A stretch of 64,000 nt of DNA from Scyliorhinus canicula (Eukaryota): NCBI RefSeq assembly GCF_902713615.1, contig NC_052154.1, positions 176,375,873 to 176,439,872 of the forward strand. Direction: 5' to 3'. Shown in pieces: positions 1 through 12,835 of the stretch. Under the pieces are notes generated by a model. That model saw only the letters and a list, made by a program, of their open reading frames with translations. It made no database searches and was not told the origin of the DNA. A program made the position numbers and the translations under genes. Within the stretch, counting starts at the first letter, position 1, and the number at the start of each line of letters is the position of its first letter.

Positions 1-580
1 ACGATGGGAAATAATGCGGTTTGTTGGTATGAGTGGATTTTACTGGAAATTTGTACCAAATTTTAGCAGTGTGGTCGCTCCACTGACGGACTTGCTCAAG
101 AAGCGTAACAAATTCCAGTGGACAGCGGAGTGTCAACAGGCATTTGACAGCCTGAAGGCTGCGTTAACCACTGCTCCTGTGTTAGTCATCCCAAATTATA
201 CCAAACCATTCAAAGTGGCTGTTGATGCGAGTGATGTGGGCGTAGGTGCAGTGCTTCTACAAGACGACGACGAAGGGCTAGAGCAGCCTGTTGGTTATTT
301 TTCAAAGAAATTAAATTCTCACCAGAAAAAGTATTCGACGATTGCGAAGGAGACTTTGAGTTTGGTGCTGGCTTTGCAACATTTTCACATTTATGTGACC
401 AGCAATCCATCTGACACCATTATATATACTGATCATAATCCTTTGACGTTTTTGGAGCGATTCCGGAATAATAATGTAAGGCTGTTTCGCTGGAGTATAT
501 TGTTACAGCCATTTCATTTGAAAATAGTACATGTGGCAGGACGGGAAAATGTGACAGCCGATGCTTTGTCACGAATGTGA
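1..580 (+). CDS. pol: 3' end of Ty3/Gypsy-type pol (RT connection + RNase H), continuing from upstream of the window; pol terminates right after RNase H
   Basis: Open frame with FVGMSGFYWKFVPNFS..APLTDLLKK, VDASDVGVGAVL, YFSKKL, KETLSLVLAL, YTDHNPL, RWSILL and NVTADALSR, then a stop at 578-580. Confidence 0.93.
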   Translation, partial: RWEIMRFVGMSGFYWKFVPNFSSVVAPLTDLLKKRNKFQWTAECQQAFDSLKAALTTAPVLVIPNYTKPFKVAVDASDVGVGAVLLQDDDEGLEQPVGYFSKKLNSHQKKYSTIAKETLSLVLALQHFHIYVTSNPSDTIIYTDHNPLTFLERFRNNNVRLFRWSILLQPFHLKIVHVAGRENVTADALSRM

Positions 581-775
581 TGAATGGAAGGATTTCGGTT
601 GGAGGAAGAAGAACGGGAAAGATGGACTTTATTATTATGCCTGTTTGTGTGTGTTGTGTTTTTTTGTGGAACAAAAAAGTATATTTACTGTGTACATTTT
701 TTAGTGGATGGTCCAAAAGTGAAAAATGAAACCATCTTGAAGTTGATGGTTTATTTATTTTTTCTTGGGGGGAGG

Positions 776-1354
776 TGTCATGTGAGAGTACCTTTAAGAA
801 ATGTATGTTTAAGCAGCGTACTTTTAAGAAATGGAGCAGCTCATATTACTGAAGTGATGTCATAGGGTGGGGGGAGCTGAGCTGAGCTCACTTCTGCATT
901 TTGGGAGTTTTAGTTTCAGTTTTGAGGAAAAGAGCTTGGGTGTGTCTGTGTTTGAAGTGAGCTCGATCTGTTGTGATCTCTGCCAGGAAAGACTATCTCG
1001 AATCATTTGGGTGATTTAAACTCATAATAGTAATGTCTTTAACCTGATGTGTTTCTGTTTAAAGTTGTTAAGTCTTTTGGAGGTTTGAAGGAACATTTTG
1101 AGGGATTATTTAGGGTTGTATTCTTTTCGGGGTTATCTTTGAAGTAAGTGGTGGTAAGTGATCCAATGTTTATTTAAAAAGGTTAAGTTGAATTCATGGA
1201 ATAAACATTGTTTTATGTTTAAAAACCCACGTGTCCATAATTGTTATACCATATCTGGAGCCAAGCCGTGTGCATCAAAAGCAACAATACATTAAATGGA
1301 GAGGTTGGTTGGACTTCATGATTTTGGGGTTCTGAAAACGCCACTCCTATAACA
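776..1354 (+). mobile_element. 3' LTR of the Gmr1-like/Gypsy element
   Basis: Polypurine tract GGGGGGAGG (767-775) directly precedes TGTCATG; ends ...CTATAACA at 1354 (TG..CA); AATAAA at ~1200; similar to the solo LTR at 17748-18289. Confidence 0.85.
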
Positions 1355-1536
1355 CAAGGATGTATTCCTGCACCCATACTAATACGTTACAGGACATATT
1401 TGCCATGAAGTGCAGTGAAAGAAGTTCAACCCTCTACATTTAATGCCCCTGGCTTGGAATTCAGGATGCAAGATTTGATCCTTAACTTTGAGCTAATGGA
1501 ACAATGGAGTTTACTGGCCAATCGCCTATTTCAGCA

Positions 1537-1805
1537 TATGAACATACAGTGCCGAAGGAGGCCATTCGGCCCATCGAGTCTGCACCAACCCACTTAAGTC
1601 CTCACTTCCACCCCATCCCCGTAACCCAATAACCCCTACTAACCTTTTTGGACTTTGGGAAGAAACCGGAGCACCCGGAGGAAACCCACGCAGACACGTG
1701 GACAACGTGCAGACTCCGCACAGACAGTGACCCAGCGGGGAATCGAACCTGGGTCCCTGGCGCTGTGAAGCCACAGTGCTATCCACGTGTGCTTCCATGC
1801 TGCCC
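1537..1805 (-). mobile_element. HE1/V-SINE, CR1-type tail
   Basis: Reverse complement of the tRNA head (GGTTCGATTCCC B box), GGGTTTCCTCCGGGTGCTCCGGTTTC core and GGCCGAATGGCCTCCTTC tail. Confidence 0.85.
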
Positions 1806-2239
1806 TATTCCAGCAGCAAGAATTCATCACAGTTTCAGACTTGAGCATTATTGGAACTCACCTGGAGTGCTATTAACTTCAAACAGACATCCAATTGGGT
1901 CACAGTAACAGTAAAGTCCTGAGTGTGGCGGAGAACTGGAGGAGTTGGGTTCACTGGGCCGCAGTGTTTTCATGGAGCCAGGAGGAGAATTCCAGCTCCA
2001 TCCAGCATGGACCAAGTGACTCCATTCTGTTCCATAAAGCTCTATTATTCTGTGATTCACGGCCTTTGTGTCGTCCAGCTGTTCATCTGGTTTCCAGTCT
2101 TGTATCAGCCATCATTTCTTCCATCTGAACATTGAGAAAACTGAAGTCACTTACCTTTGGCCACCCCGACAAACTCTGTACTCTCGGCACTAACGTAATT
2201 ATTTTCCCTGGTCACTGTCTTGGAGAGTATAACTAATGT

Positions 2240-2365
2240 AAACACAAAATGCTGCAGATTCTCAAAACCTGAGGAGACGTGACCTGAAATTGCTAAATCT
2301 GTTTCTCTCTTCACAGATGTTCAGACCAGCTGAGTACTTTCAACATTTTCAATTTTTATTCCAAC
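2240..2365 (+). mobile_element. Degraded Penelope-like 3' end remnant
   Basis: CTGTTTCTCTCTTCACAGATG..CTGAGTACTTTCAACATTTTC resembles the 3' end of the PLE at 17090-17150. Confidence 0.45.
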
Positions 2366-2489
2366 CAATATCTACTGATCTGAGCTATTGACCCCAAATC
2401 TTCTCTTCAATTCAAAGGCCACCTCTTTCTACCTCCATAAAGTCAAGCACCTCCAGAATTCAAAGCCTCGCTGATTTCTTCATTACTTT

Positions 2490-2635
2490 TCTTTATTCAT
2501 TTATGGGCTGTAGGCGTTGCTGGCTCGGCTAGCATTTATTTTCCATCCTTAGTTTCCTTTAGAAGGTGGTGGTGACCTCCAGTGGTTAACTGCTGCAGTC
2601 CCTCAGATTTGGGTGGATCTAGAGTGCTGTTACAT
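2490..2635 (-). mobile_element. 3' end of a CR1-like LINE
   Basis: Reverse complement ends GCCAGCAACGCCTACAGCCCATAAATGAATAAAG, the same tail as the SINE at 3858-4156. Confidence 0.55.
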
Positions 2636-2646
2636 CCAGACTCACT

Positions 2647-3391
2647 GGCAGGGATTCTCCATTCTGGGGACTAAGTCCCCAAGCTAGGGCAGCACAGTGG
2701 TTAGCATCAATGCTTCACAGCTCCAGGGTCCCAGGTTCGGTTCCCGGCTGGGTCACTGTCTGTGCGGAGTCTGCACGTCCTCCCCGTGTGTGCGTGGGTT
2801 TCCTCCGGGTGCTCCGGTTTCCTCCCACAGTCCAAAGATGTGCGGGTTAGGTGGATTGGCCATGCTAAATTGCCCGTAGTGTCCTAAAAAGTAAGGTTAA
2901 GGGGGAGTTGTTGGGTTACGGGTATAGGGTGGATATGTGAGTTTGAGTAGGGTGATCATTGCTCGGCACAACATCGAGGGCCGAAGGGCCTGTTCTGTGC
3001 TGTGCTGTTCTAAATTCTAAATCTAAATCTAAAACTGGCCACAATGACTCCGGCATCAATGCCCCCACCCAAGGTGAGGAATTCTCACCTTCCTAGGGGG
3101 CTAGGTTGTCACCGGATTGGTTGGCGCCTTTCCAGCCGGCGGCGAAGGGACGGCAGGGGTAAGCGCATGTGGAACGGCCGGCATGATCTCGTGCATGCGC
3201 GGAATGGCTGTGTGATTTCACGCATGCGCAGAACAGCTGACATATTTTCGCGCATGTGTGGGAGGGTTCTCTTCTCCGCGCCAACCCCCCAGGCAATATG
3301 GCGGAGCCCTACAGGGACCCGGCACGGAAGGAAGAAGTGCTCCCATGGAACAAGCCCGCCCGCAGATCAGTGGGCCCCGAGAATCCTGCCC
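2647..3391. mobile_element. GC-rich Harbinger-type non-autonomous element interrupted by a SINE
   Basis: Ends GGCAGGGATTCTCC ... GAGAATCCTGCCC; CGCATGCG-rich interior. Confidence 0.7.
2687..3033 (+). mobile_element. HE1/V-SINE, full length, nested in a MITE
   Basis: GGGCAGCAC head with A/B boxes, V-type core, GGGCCGAAGGGCCTGTTCTGTGCTG tail and (TCTAAA)n end. Confidence 0.9.
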
Positions 3392-3416
3392 AATTACCTC
3401 AGCTCCTAATTATCTT

Positions 3417-3659
3417 GTTTTTTTGTTTTTTCTTTTTTTTTAAATTTAAAGTACCCAATTATTTTTTTTCCAATTAAGGGGCAATTTAGTGTGGCCAATC
3501 CACCTGTCCTGCACATCTTTGGGTTGTGGGGGTGAAACCCACGCAGACACGGGGAGAATGTGCAAACTCCCCACGGACAGTGACCCAGGGCCGGGATTCG
3601 AACCCGGGTCCTCAGCGCTGTAGGCAGCAATGCTAACCACTGTTCCACATACCGCACCT
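3417..3659 (-). mobile_element. HE1-head SINE with short A-rich tail and 11-bp TSD
   Basis: Poly-T on + strand; TSD CTAATTATCTT at 3406-3416 and 3660-3670. Confidence 0.88.
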
Positions 3660-3857
3660 CTAATTATCTTTTATACACAATATGCAAAAATCAGCTCCAA
3701 AACTCAAATATATGTATCCTATCCCTCATTAAGTGGAACTCCACCCTGACACTTTGTTCCGCTGTGCATCACCCCTCTTTTATTCCCATTATTCACATTC
3801 CCAATTGGAATTCCCTGTCCAGCCCTTTTTACCTGTTGACCTCCCCCTCTTCATTTA

Positions 3858-4156
3858 GAGGTAGTGGCAAAGTGGTATTGCCACTGGGCTAGAGATCCAG
3901 GGGCCCAGAGCCATGTTTTGGGGACCCGGCTTCGAATTCCACCAGAGCAGATGGTAAAATTTGAATTCAATAAATGTCCAAACATGATCATTAAATCATC
4001 GTCATATGAACTTCTCCGCTTCACTAATGTTCTTTAGGGATGGAAATCTGCCATCTTTACTTGGCCTACATGTGACTCCAGACCCACAGCAACGTGGTTG
4101 ACTCTCAAGTGGTCTTCAGCCAGCGACGTCTGCATCCCCCGAACAAATTTAAAAAA
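3858..4156 (+). mobile_element. Older tRNA-derived SINE of a distinct family
   Basis: tRNA-like head (TAGTGGCAAAGTGG..GGCTTCGAATTCC); 3' tail GCCAGCGACGTCTGCATCCC..AAAA shared with the LINE end at 2490-2635. Confidence 0.6.
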
Positions 4157-4380
4157 GACACTTAATATTTTTGGCCAAATGTTTTGTCTCTCCTCACTCT
4201 CTATCTTTAATCTAGGTATCCAATCGTATATACGTCTAAAAAGTATCTTGAGGTGCTTTCAGTGTTCGCACTCTTCCCCCAAAACAAATGATGGGCCTGC
4301 AGCAAATAATCCATTTAGATGGCATGTATTCATTTGGTGCACCATTGCTGTGCAGTAGAGGCCAATCCTTCAGAGATAGT

Positions 4381-5017
4381 GGGTGGGATTCTCCATAGCC
4401 GGACACCTAAATTGTGTTCGGCGATCGGGCGGAGAATGGACTCCGATGCTGAAATCGGGATGGCGGCGGTTTGACGCCAGTGCGCCATGCTCGTCCCCTC
4501 CCAAATGGTGTCATCGTGACATGCGCTGCGCACCGTTGGTGCGTCATCGGCTGGCCCACCCTCGATGCTTCGCCCCCGATGGGCTGAGTTCCTGATGGCG
4601 CGGGACACGTGTGGTCTGAGCTGGCGTGCCAGCTGCGGACTGTGCCCAGCACCTCCACACTCAGCGGGGATCCTTGCTGCTGGCCGGAGGGGGCGTCTGC
4701 TATGGCTGGGGGGACTGGTAGGGGGTGACCAGGGGGTGAGCTGTGGTGACGCAGTTGCGCGTTAGGTTACGTGCACAGCCGGCACCATGTTGTACGGCGC
4801 GGCTGGTGAAGGTCTTCAGTTGTGCGCATGCGCAGCCTGGGACCCGGCCATTCTCCGGCCGGTTTCAGCGTGGGTGTCGGGGGTTTCAGTTGGCGCTGGT
4901 GCTAGCTCCTCACCGGTATTGGAATCAGTGAGGCTCAGTGCTGAATTTCCTGTCGTGAAAGTCGACACAGTCTACGCTGGTGTCAGCACTTAGTCTCCAG
5001 AATGGAGAATCCAGCCC
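4381..5017. mobile_element. Harbinger-type non-autonomous DNA transposon
   Basis: TIRs GGGTGGGATTCTCCAT / ATGGAGAATCCAGCCC; 3-bp TSD AGT. Confidence 0.85.
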
Positions 5018-8000
5018 AGTATCTGACAAAAGCACCACCCATGAAGTTGCAAAGTGACATTACCTGTTGTTGCTTTTAATCTTGATATTTTTGGTAAGCT
5101 GCTGTACCTACTGATCATTGTGGTGATGCAACTGAGCCCAGAGGAGGTCTCACCATTTCCCTCTTGGAGCAGCTTAATGACTCCCAGGTTTCAATCTTAA
5201 AGATAATTGTTGTATGAGAATCGAGTATCCCAACGAGATACTGCCTTGTGGAGACAGATTTCAATATAATGAATACAGCTAATATTTTGGGAGATTTCAA
5301 AGAATAATCTCCTCTTGTCTACAGTTTATCTTAAAAGGGTGCATTTAATATTTGCATATCTGGACAAATTCAGCTTTTTCTTTGTATCAGCGCTAATTGT
5401 TGCACAGGAGGAATACACTTAGCAGAAATTTAAAGGTCAGATATTTTGTTGAGTATTCCCACTCCGGTAAGAAAGAAATCTAAAAATACAACATAAGCTT
5501 GTTGTTACCTGAATAACTCTTGGCATGAGACTGACTGTGCAATTCAATAATGAATACTGTTAGGAGACTCTGAAATCTCACCGCAAAATTATTTCTCCTT
5601 TTCCCTCACTTGTAGATCGAGGTTTATCGATAAACTAAAGGATCTAATGGGGTTGGAAAATAAACTTTCCGTGATGGATCTCGGTTTCTATATTTCCCCC
5701 GAAAACACTGGTGACAAGTTATCCCCACTTTAATAGAGTAACACATTTGAGGTCAAGTGTGCCAAAGCTTTCTATCTTACTCAAGGCAAAAGCCGCCCTT
5801 TTGGGAGAAAACTATTATCGTTCAGAAGATTTTTAAAAAGCTGTAATTCAATTATTAAACACCTGAAAAGAAAAGACGCAATGTCAATTATGTAAGTGAG
5901 GACATTACTGGCATTGGCTGAAGGCATATGCCAAAAGTTCTGTTCTGTGGGACTAAAACAGAAAATGCTGAAAATACTGAGAAGGTTGGACAGCCCCTGA
6001 GGAGAGGGAAACAGAGCTAACATTTCAAGTTGTGACCTTTCATCTATTCTATTCTTGTGGCACCAGGAGCAGCTAGGATGCCAACTCCGGCCCAACAATA
6101 GCACATTCTCTCATCCTCCTGGCTTTCATTCATCCTTCACGAGCAGGCTTTAAGAACCAGTTGGTTTCATGCTCCAGCGGCTGAAATAAAATGTCTTGAG
6201 TCTTGAGCCTGGGATGTGAGGGTACCGAAATATCACCGATATTGCACTCGTTATAGAATCATAGAATTTACTGTGCAGAAGAAGGCCATTTGGCCTATCG
6301 AGTCTGGACCAGCCCTTGGAAAGAGCACGCTACTTACATTGAAACTTTCCCTATTTGTCTCAGACCAGTTAAAAGATCACAGACAAAAATATTGGGCTGG
6401 GTTCTCCATTCTGGAGACTAAGTGGAGAATCGCTACTGGTCTCTGCTGGCATCAGGAGCAACAGCCAGGTTTGATTCTCCCTCCTTTACCATGCTAATTT
6501 ATACATGGAGAAGGGTTCACCGTATTATGTCAGAATCCCCGTACACTTCAAAGGGCATCCATTCCCTTGACAGCCTTTGAAATGCAAATCTTCCATTTAA
6601 TTTCACACAGCAATATGTTGCATCAGCCAGCGATTTACAGTTTTATTACTCCAGAAACAGCCGGTTGGTGGATTGTTGATCTTTCTTTGCATTCACGCTT
6701 GAATGCATCTCAAATACCCTGCATTGATGCTAACCACAATATTTATAAACACTCTTGCTATGATTGACAGAACCTCACCACATCAAAAGCAACTAACTGC
6801 TTTCACTTCCTCTTTTTCTCAGCAAAAAGCACTTAACTGTGCTTGAGTACTTGAGGTTCATTCAAGTGTGAAGGGAAATGAAAATAAACATTCCAGACAC
6901 CTGGCTGTCTGGAAGCTATTACGCTGTCAAATACAGTCTACTAAAAGCTATTTCTCTTTGAAAGTGAATAGAAACCTCACAGATCAAAGGGTCTGTGGCG
7001 ATTTAAAGTCTTGTGATGTGTTTTTGGCATTCTATGAATTAACAGCTGCTGCTTTCTACATCCTTGTCTAAGGCAGCAGGTGTAAGGGACAGGTAAGTTT
7101 AAAAAGTGATGATTTTCACTGTTTCTGCCAGGTTGGGGGAGGGGGGGTATCATGGGGGTCTGGTGGGGGCGATCTGGTGGAGGGGGCGGGTCACCCTCAT
7201 GCATGCATGTTGTGTGGGGGTGTGTCCCAGCAATTCCCATGATGGGGTGGAGGATGCCCCTACTTATCAGTGGGGAGGGAGGGCAGGATTTGCATTGTGT
7301 GTTGGGGGGAGGAGGGACCAGCCGCCATACCTCAATAGCAGGATTCGGAATGGAATTCCTTAACTCTCCGCTTTCTATACATTTGCATGGCAAGGGAGAG
7401 GGAATTGCTTCCGGGTGCCACTCCTAGTACCAGTGCATACTAGGAATGACTCATGTCCGGTGGGAGAAGACAGTTTCCCAAACGGGGAATCCCAGCCTCA
7501 GCTGCTTTGTTTGCTGGAGCAGGATATATCCAAAGGCCCAGACCTCACCCTGTGAATTACTTTATGGAAGCATAAAATAGGTACAGCACATAAGCAGGCC
7601 ATTCAGCCTGTCCTGTCTGTGCTGGCCTTCTGAAGGGGACATTCACCCACTTCCACTGCTTTCCTTCTCCTCATGACCCCTCAATCCTTTCCTCTCCACA
7701 TAATGATCCAATGTCCTTTTGTAATCCTCAGGCAACTTCATTGCCTTTGTGAATCACCAGGGTCTCCGCTCTAGCCAGATACATTAGGTGCACGTTCACC
7801 AGTCGCGCATCATTGCACGTCAGCACCTACCTTCCCAGCTGCTGTTATAATACATTGATATTGTGGCGATTTTACGGCAATCCACAATCCCCCCCCCGCA
7901 CAATAAATGATCTGAGGCAGCCTGGGAAATAAAAACTCTTCCTCTCGCCATTTATTGTTTCCTGCAGTAGATATCTCACAAAAAGGCATTTCGAACTGTC

Positions 8001-8235
8001 GAGAGGAAATTTTGGTGAATACATTTATGATGCTTCTTAACATAACAATGAAAGTAATTCTCCTCCTCTATTTTATCAATGTCTGCTCTTTGAGCAAAAT
8101 GTATCGTAAGCTGATAGATAATTGACTAAAAAATGCAAACTAAAAATATATGTGCAGACAGGAATCAAGATTCCTGCGCTTTGGGACGTATATTTTAAAT
8201 TAAAGCACACATTTGCATTAATAAACGAGTACACA

Positions 8236-8459
8236 GGGCGGCATGTGGCACAGTGGTTAGCACTGCTGCCTCACAGCGCTGATGACCCGGGTTCGAATCC
8301 CGGCCCTGGGTCACTGTCCGTGTGGAGTTTGCACATTCTCCCCGTGTCTGCGTGGGTCTCACTCCCACAACCCAAGGATGTGCAGGTTAGGTGGATTTGA
8401 CATGCTAAATTGCCCCTTGATTGGAAAAAAAAACTGGGTATTCTAAATTTATGAAAAAG
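8236..8459 (+). mobile_element. HE1-head SINE with A-rich tail
   Basis: Head and core present; imperfect TSD AATAAACGAGTACAC / AATAAATGAGTACGC. Confidence 0.85.
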
Positions 8460-9247
8460 AAATAAATGAGTACGCTTCGGAATGGAGCTCCAGCCATTGG
8501 GAATTTTCTGATTTTACGCAAGGCAAGCTGTAGCTGCACAGTGTGGAATCTGTTCCTGGAGCTCACCTGTTACAAAAGCTATGCGGCGGCAAGATTGATG
8601 CTTCTCACTATGGGCCAGAATGAATTCTAGGTCTAACGGCACTAATCCATGTTGAAAATGAACCAGATTTTTTTTTAACTGAACTGAGGCCGCCACTACA
8701 CAAAAAGGATAATAAATCATCAAAGGACGGCCCTATCAGATGAATAAGTTCACAAAGTCACATTTCAAAAGACATAAAAGTTGGCCAAACTGACTGCACA
8801 GGAAAAGAAAGTCAGCTGAAAACTCTTTCCTATTTCATCAGCCCTAATGGAACATTGCAGCGAATTTGGAGTAACGGTTTCCAATAGTGATATCTATCAC
8901 TGGCATTACCCAAACATTGACAGCGTTGCTGAGCTTTTCCAAGCAGAAGAATTCAAGGATAACCGAAGGTTATTTAGTCAACTGAGCCCATGGAAATTGT
9001 TGTAACAGTCCAGATATACTCAGTTATTATACCTCACTGAACTGTTTGCCATAATGGGCGGGATTCTCCGTCGATACCCACCAACGTGAACAGGCAGAGA
9101 ATTCAAGCTTATATCTCCCCGCCGTATTGAAAAAAATAGTTCCAATTTTATTTTTTTGCATTCTAATTTATGACCACGAGCAATTAATTGGAATGTCCGA
9201 TCTTGTAGAAAGGAACAGCTGAGAACGCAATTCAATTGTTCGAAACA

Positions 9248-9590
9248 ACAGCACGGTAGCATTGTGGATAGGATAATTGCTTCACATCTCCAGGGTCCCA
9301 GGTTCGATTCCGGCTTGGGTCACTGTGCTGAGTCTGCACATCCTCCCCGTGTGTGCATGGGTTTCCTCCGGTTTCCTCCCACAGTCCAAAGATGTGCAGG
9401 TTAGGTGGATTGGCCATGCTAAATTGCCCTTAGTGTCCAAAATTGCCCTTAGTGTTGGATGGGGTTACTGGGTTATGGGGATAGGGTGGATATGTTGACC
9501 TTGGGTAGGATGCTCTTTCCAAGAGCTGGTGCAGACTTGTTGGGCCGAATGGCCTCCTTCTGCACTGTAAATTCTATGATTCTATGATTT
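9248..9590 (+). mobile_element. HE1/V-SINE, CR1-type tail
   Basis: Ends GGCCTCCTTCTGCACTGTAAATTCTATGATTCTATGA. Confidence 0.88.
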
Positions 9591-9824
9591 ATGGTGCAGA
9601 AGGAAGTCATTTGACCTGTTATATCTGTGGCAACAAGAAACTAGCAAACGGCAGTAGCAATGATTCTTTAAAGAATCACAGATCAATATTAACTCATTTA
9701 ACCAGTATAACTGCCGGACTGTTCACAAATTTTGCAGTCGTCTATCCCGCATTTGGGGACATCGAAGGCATCACCACACCCAAAATGCAATGGGCTAGTC
9801 TCGTACTGGGCGAACCACCTTCTT

Positions 9825-10060
9825 TTTAAAAAAAATTTTTGTTTAAATTTAGAGTACCCAATTCATTTTTTCCAATTATGGGGCAATTTAGCGTGGTCAA
9901 TCCACCTACCCTGCACATCTTCAGGTTCTGGGGGCGAGACCCAAGCCAACACGGGGGGAATGTGCAAGCTCCACAAGGGCAGTGACCCAGAGCTGGGATC
10001 GAACCTGGGACCTCGGCGCCGTGAGGCAGCAGTGCTAGCCACTGGGCCACCGTGCTGCCT
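9825..10060 (-). mobile_element. HE1-head SINE with A-rich tail and 15-bp TSD
   Basis: Perfect TSD GCGAACCACCTTCTT at 9810-9824 and 10061-10075. Confidence 0.9.
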
Positions 10061-10860
10061 GCGAACCACCTTCTTGATCATGGTTATTCTTCCAACAAGT
10101 GGGTGCACATATTTTGTGGTAAATTGCTCAATGCAAATTGAGATGATCTGGCTTTAACTAGAAGAACCCGTGTGCCCGCGAGTGTGTGGCTGCAATCATA
10201 CCTTCCCTGCTCAAGAATAGCTTGAAACACCGCAGGCATTGGCACTTTCAGAGAAAGGCATCATTACAGCTGCAAATCATTTGTTATATTTCCCCACCCG
10301 ATGTCGGTGTTGCCCCTCGCTCCGTTGTGGCCAGCTAACCTTGTCTCCACAAAGTCACTCTTGTGCACATTTCAGTCTCTTCCACTCTGTATGGTTTTAC
10401 GACTAAAATACCGCTAATTGTTAGATTATTATTTGGGAAGAATGCTCCTTGATGTCTGTGTGATAAGGCTTTTAGCCAATTCCCAGTGAAATTCCCAATA
10501 CCCTCAGAGCAGTGTTTGATTCATTTTAAATCACAGGAGATGATGAACTCAGATTACTCAGCGCAATTTAATGTGAAAAGTGGAATTTTCTTTAAAGGTC
10601 GGAGGTAATTATAAAACAAACTGCATTGCTTGGAATGTCATTTTACTTTTGGCTTAAATTTGTTGGAATGTTTAAATTATTACTTTTGATATAAGAAACT
10701 AACAAATCATGTCCATAATAATTCGAGCAAGAGATTTTGTAAGCATGTTTAATCCCCAGCATTGCTTCCCATTTATTAAATAACATTTAACTGCAAATCT
10801 CAAATTATGTCAGATAGACTTAAAGGTGTACTTTTCATTTTAAATTCTGCTTCATTCAAT

Positions 10861-11125
10861 TATAGAATCATAGAATCCCTACAGTGCAGAAGGAGGCCAT
10901 TCGGCCCATCAAGTCGACACCAAACTTCCAAACGAGCACCCCACCAAGTACCATGCCCCCACCTAACCTTGCAACCCCACCTAACCTTTTGGACCGTACC
11001 GACAATTTATCATGGCCAAGCCACCTAATGTGCACATCTTTGGACTGTGGGAGGAAACCAGAGCACCCGGAGAAAACCCACAGTGACACGGGAGAACACA
11101 CAAACTCACTCAAAGCTGGAATTTA
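10861..11125 (-). mobile_element. HE1/V-SINE, 5' degraded
   Basis: ATAGAATCATAGAATC tail and core on the minus strand. Confidence 0.8.
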
Positions 11126-11511
11126 ACACTCAAGACCAGAAAACATGCTGCTCAATGTGCCACACCTCCATCAAAATTTGGACTCATTATGATACTTGGC
11201 TTCACCTTTACCAATGCAGCGAGCCTCCACCTCTCGTTGCTTCCACATACGTCCAGCTATTCAGCTGTAGCAGGCACATCAACCACACACTTTGCAAAAC
11301 AGTCACTGACATTATTTGCTCTCTCTTCCCAGAATGTAACCAATAATAATCATTCAAAGAGGCAGAGAACCAATGGGAGACAGGCACACCTGCATTTTCT
11401 GAGCATTCAGGTTGAGACAATGCTCCACATTGTTGAGAACATTGAGGATGACGGTATGTTCTTACCTCATACTGTTTCTCGAATCCCACCTCAGACCCAT
11501 CCTGTTGTCTA

Positions 11512-11815
11512 TAATAATCTTTATTAGTGTCACAAGTAGGCTTACATTAACACTGCAATGAATTTACTGTGACAATCTCCTAGTCGCCACACTCCGGCGC
11601 CTGGTCGGATACACAGAGGGAGAATTCAGGATGTCTAAATCACCTAACAGCATGTCTTTCGGGACTTGTGGGAGGAAACCGGAGCACCCGGAGGAAACCC
11701 ATGCAGACACGGGGAGAATGAGCAGACTCCACACCGACAGCGACCCAAGCTGGGAATCGAACCCGGGTCCCTGGCACTGTGAAGCAACAGTGCTAGCCAC
11801 TGTGCTACCGTGCCA
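11512..11815 (-). mobile_element. HE1-head SINE with third tail type (CACAGTAA..GTGACA..AATAAAG)
   Basis: Head and core as HE1; tail GTGGCGACTAGG..TCACAGTAAATTCATTGCAGTG..ACTTGTGACACTAATAAAG. Confidence 0.85.
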
Positions 11816-12329
11816 CTCATCTGCCATGGACTGCAAGCTACTGAGGATGTGACCATGGACATCCTGCTTTTCGTCAGCCCAGCCCTCTCCTGCTATTTTT
11901 CCAAGAGGTGTTGCCCGTCCCATTGCTGCAGCATTAGGATGAAAAGCAAGAGCTGCTCCAGACCGTGTTGCACCAACACTCAGATGTTTTATTCCATGGC
12001 ATTCCCGATGGCTGCATGCTTCTCATTCTAGGTGTATTATCCTCACATTGTCAGGTGGTGGAGGGGAGTAATTAGTTAGATAGAGAGTGGATAACCCTTT
12101 AAACTCAGCAATCAGTCTCTAGTTTTACCCGATGGGTCAATGTTGGTGGATATTCCTGACTGGTGAAGGATTTCTGTGTTATGGCTGCTGCCAGGATAGT
12201 GGGCATTGACAAAATGATCTCCTGGGCAAGACCGCACATCAATTCAACATTATTAAAATTGTAGCCTTTGCAATGATGGGTTACTTCCCCATTCAAATGT
12301 GGAAAATGGGCAAACAGGTATAATATGAT

Positions 12330-12600
12330 ACAATAATAACCTTTATTGTCACAAGTAGGCTTACATTGCAATGAAGTTACTGTGAAAAGCCCCTAGTCAC
12401 CACATTCCAGCGCCTGTTCGGGTGCACAGAGGGAGAATTCAGAATGTCCGATTCACCTAACAGCACGTCTTTCAGGGAAACCCAGGCAGATATGGGGAGA
12501 AAGTGCAGACTTCGCACAGACAGTGACCCAGCCAGGAATCGAACCTGGGATCCAAGCGCTGTGAAGCCACAGTGCTAACCATGTTGCTACCGTGCTGCCC
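12330..12600 (-). mobile_element. HE1-head SINE, third tail type
   Basis: Same tail as 11512-11815, GGGCAGCACGGTAGC head. Confidence 0.85.
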
Positions 12601-12835
12601 CATCAGTATGCACCATCAGTTGCAGCCTGCATCATTGGGAGTCCCATATGTTCCCTTCCCCTGCTTCTCCAGGGTTAGTCGGAAGGTAATTAATTCCTCT
12701 CTCCTCCCACACAGAGGCTCAGTTGCCTTTCTGATGTAGTGATAGATGACAAAATGTGCGATGTTGTTAATGTCACCTGCTGCTGGCTGCAAGGATCCAC
12801 TGGTGGTGAAATTTCAGGGGATGGTGACCTCAGTT

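Noticed and set aside
1526-1908. Recurrent short ORFs such as 'GHCLCGVCT..RGFPPGAPVSS'
   Set aside because: Translations of the SINE consensus, not a protein family.
2687-2760. tRNA gene (also other SINE heads)
   Set aside because: A/B boxes belong to SINE heads followed by core and tail; no standalone cloverleaf or Pol III terminator.
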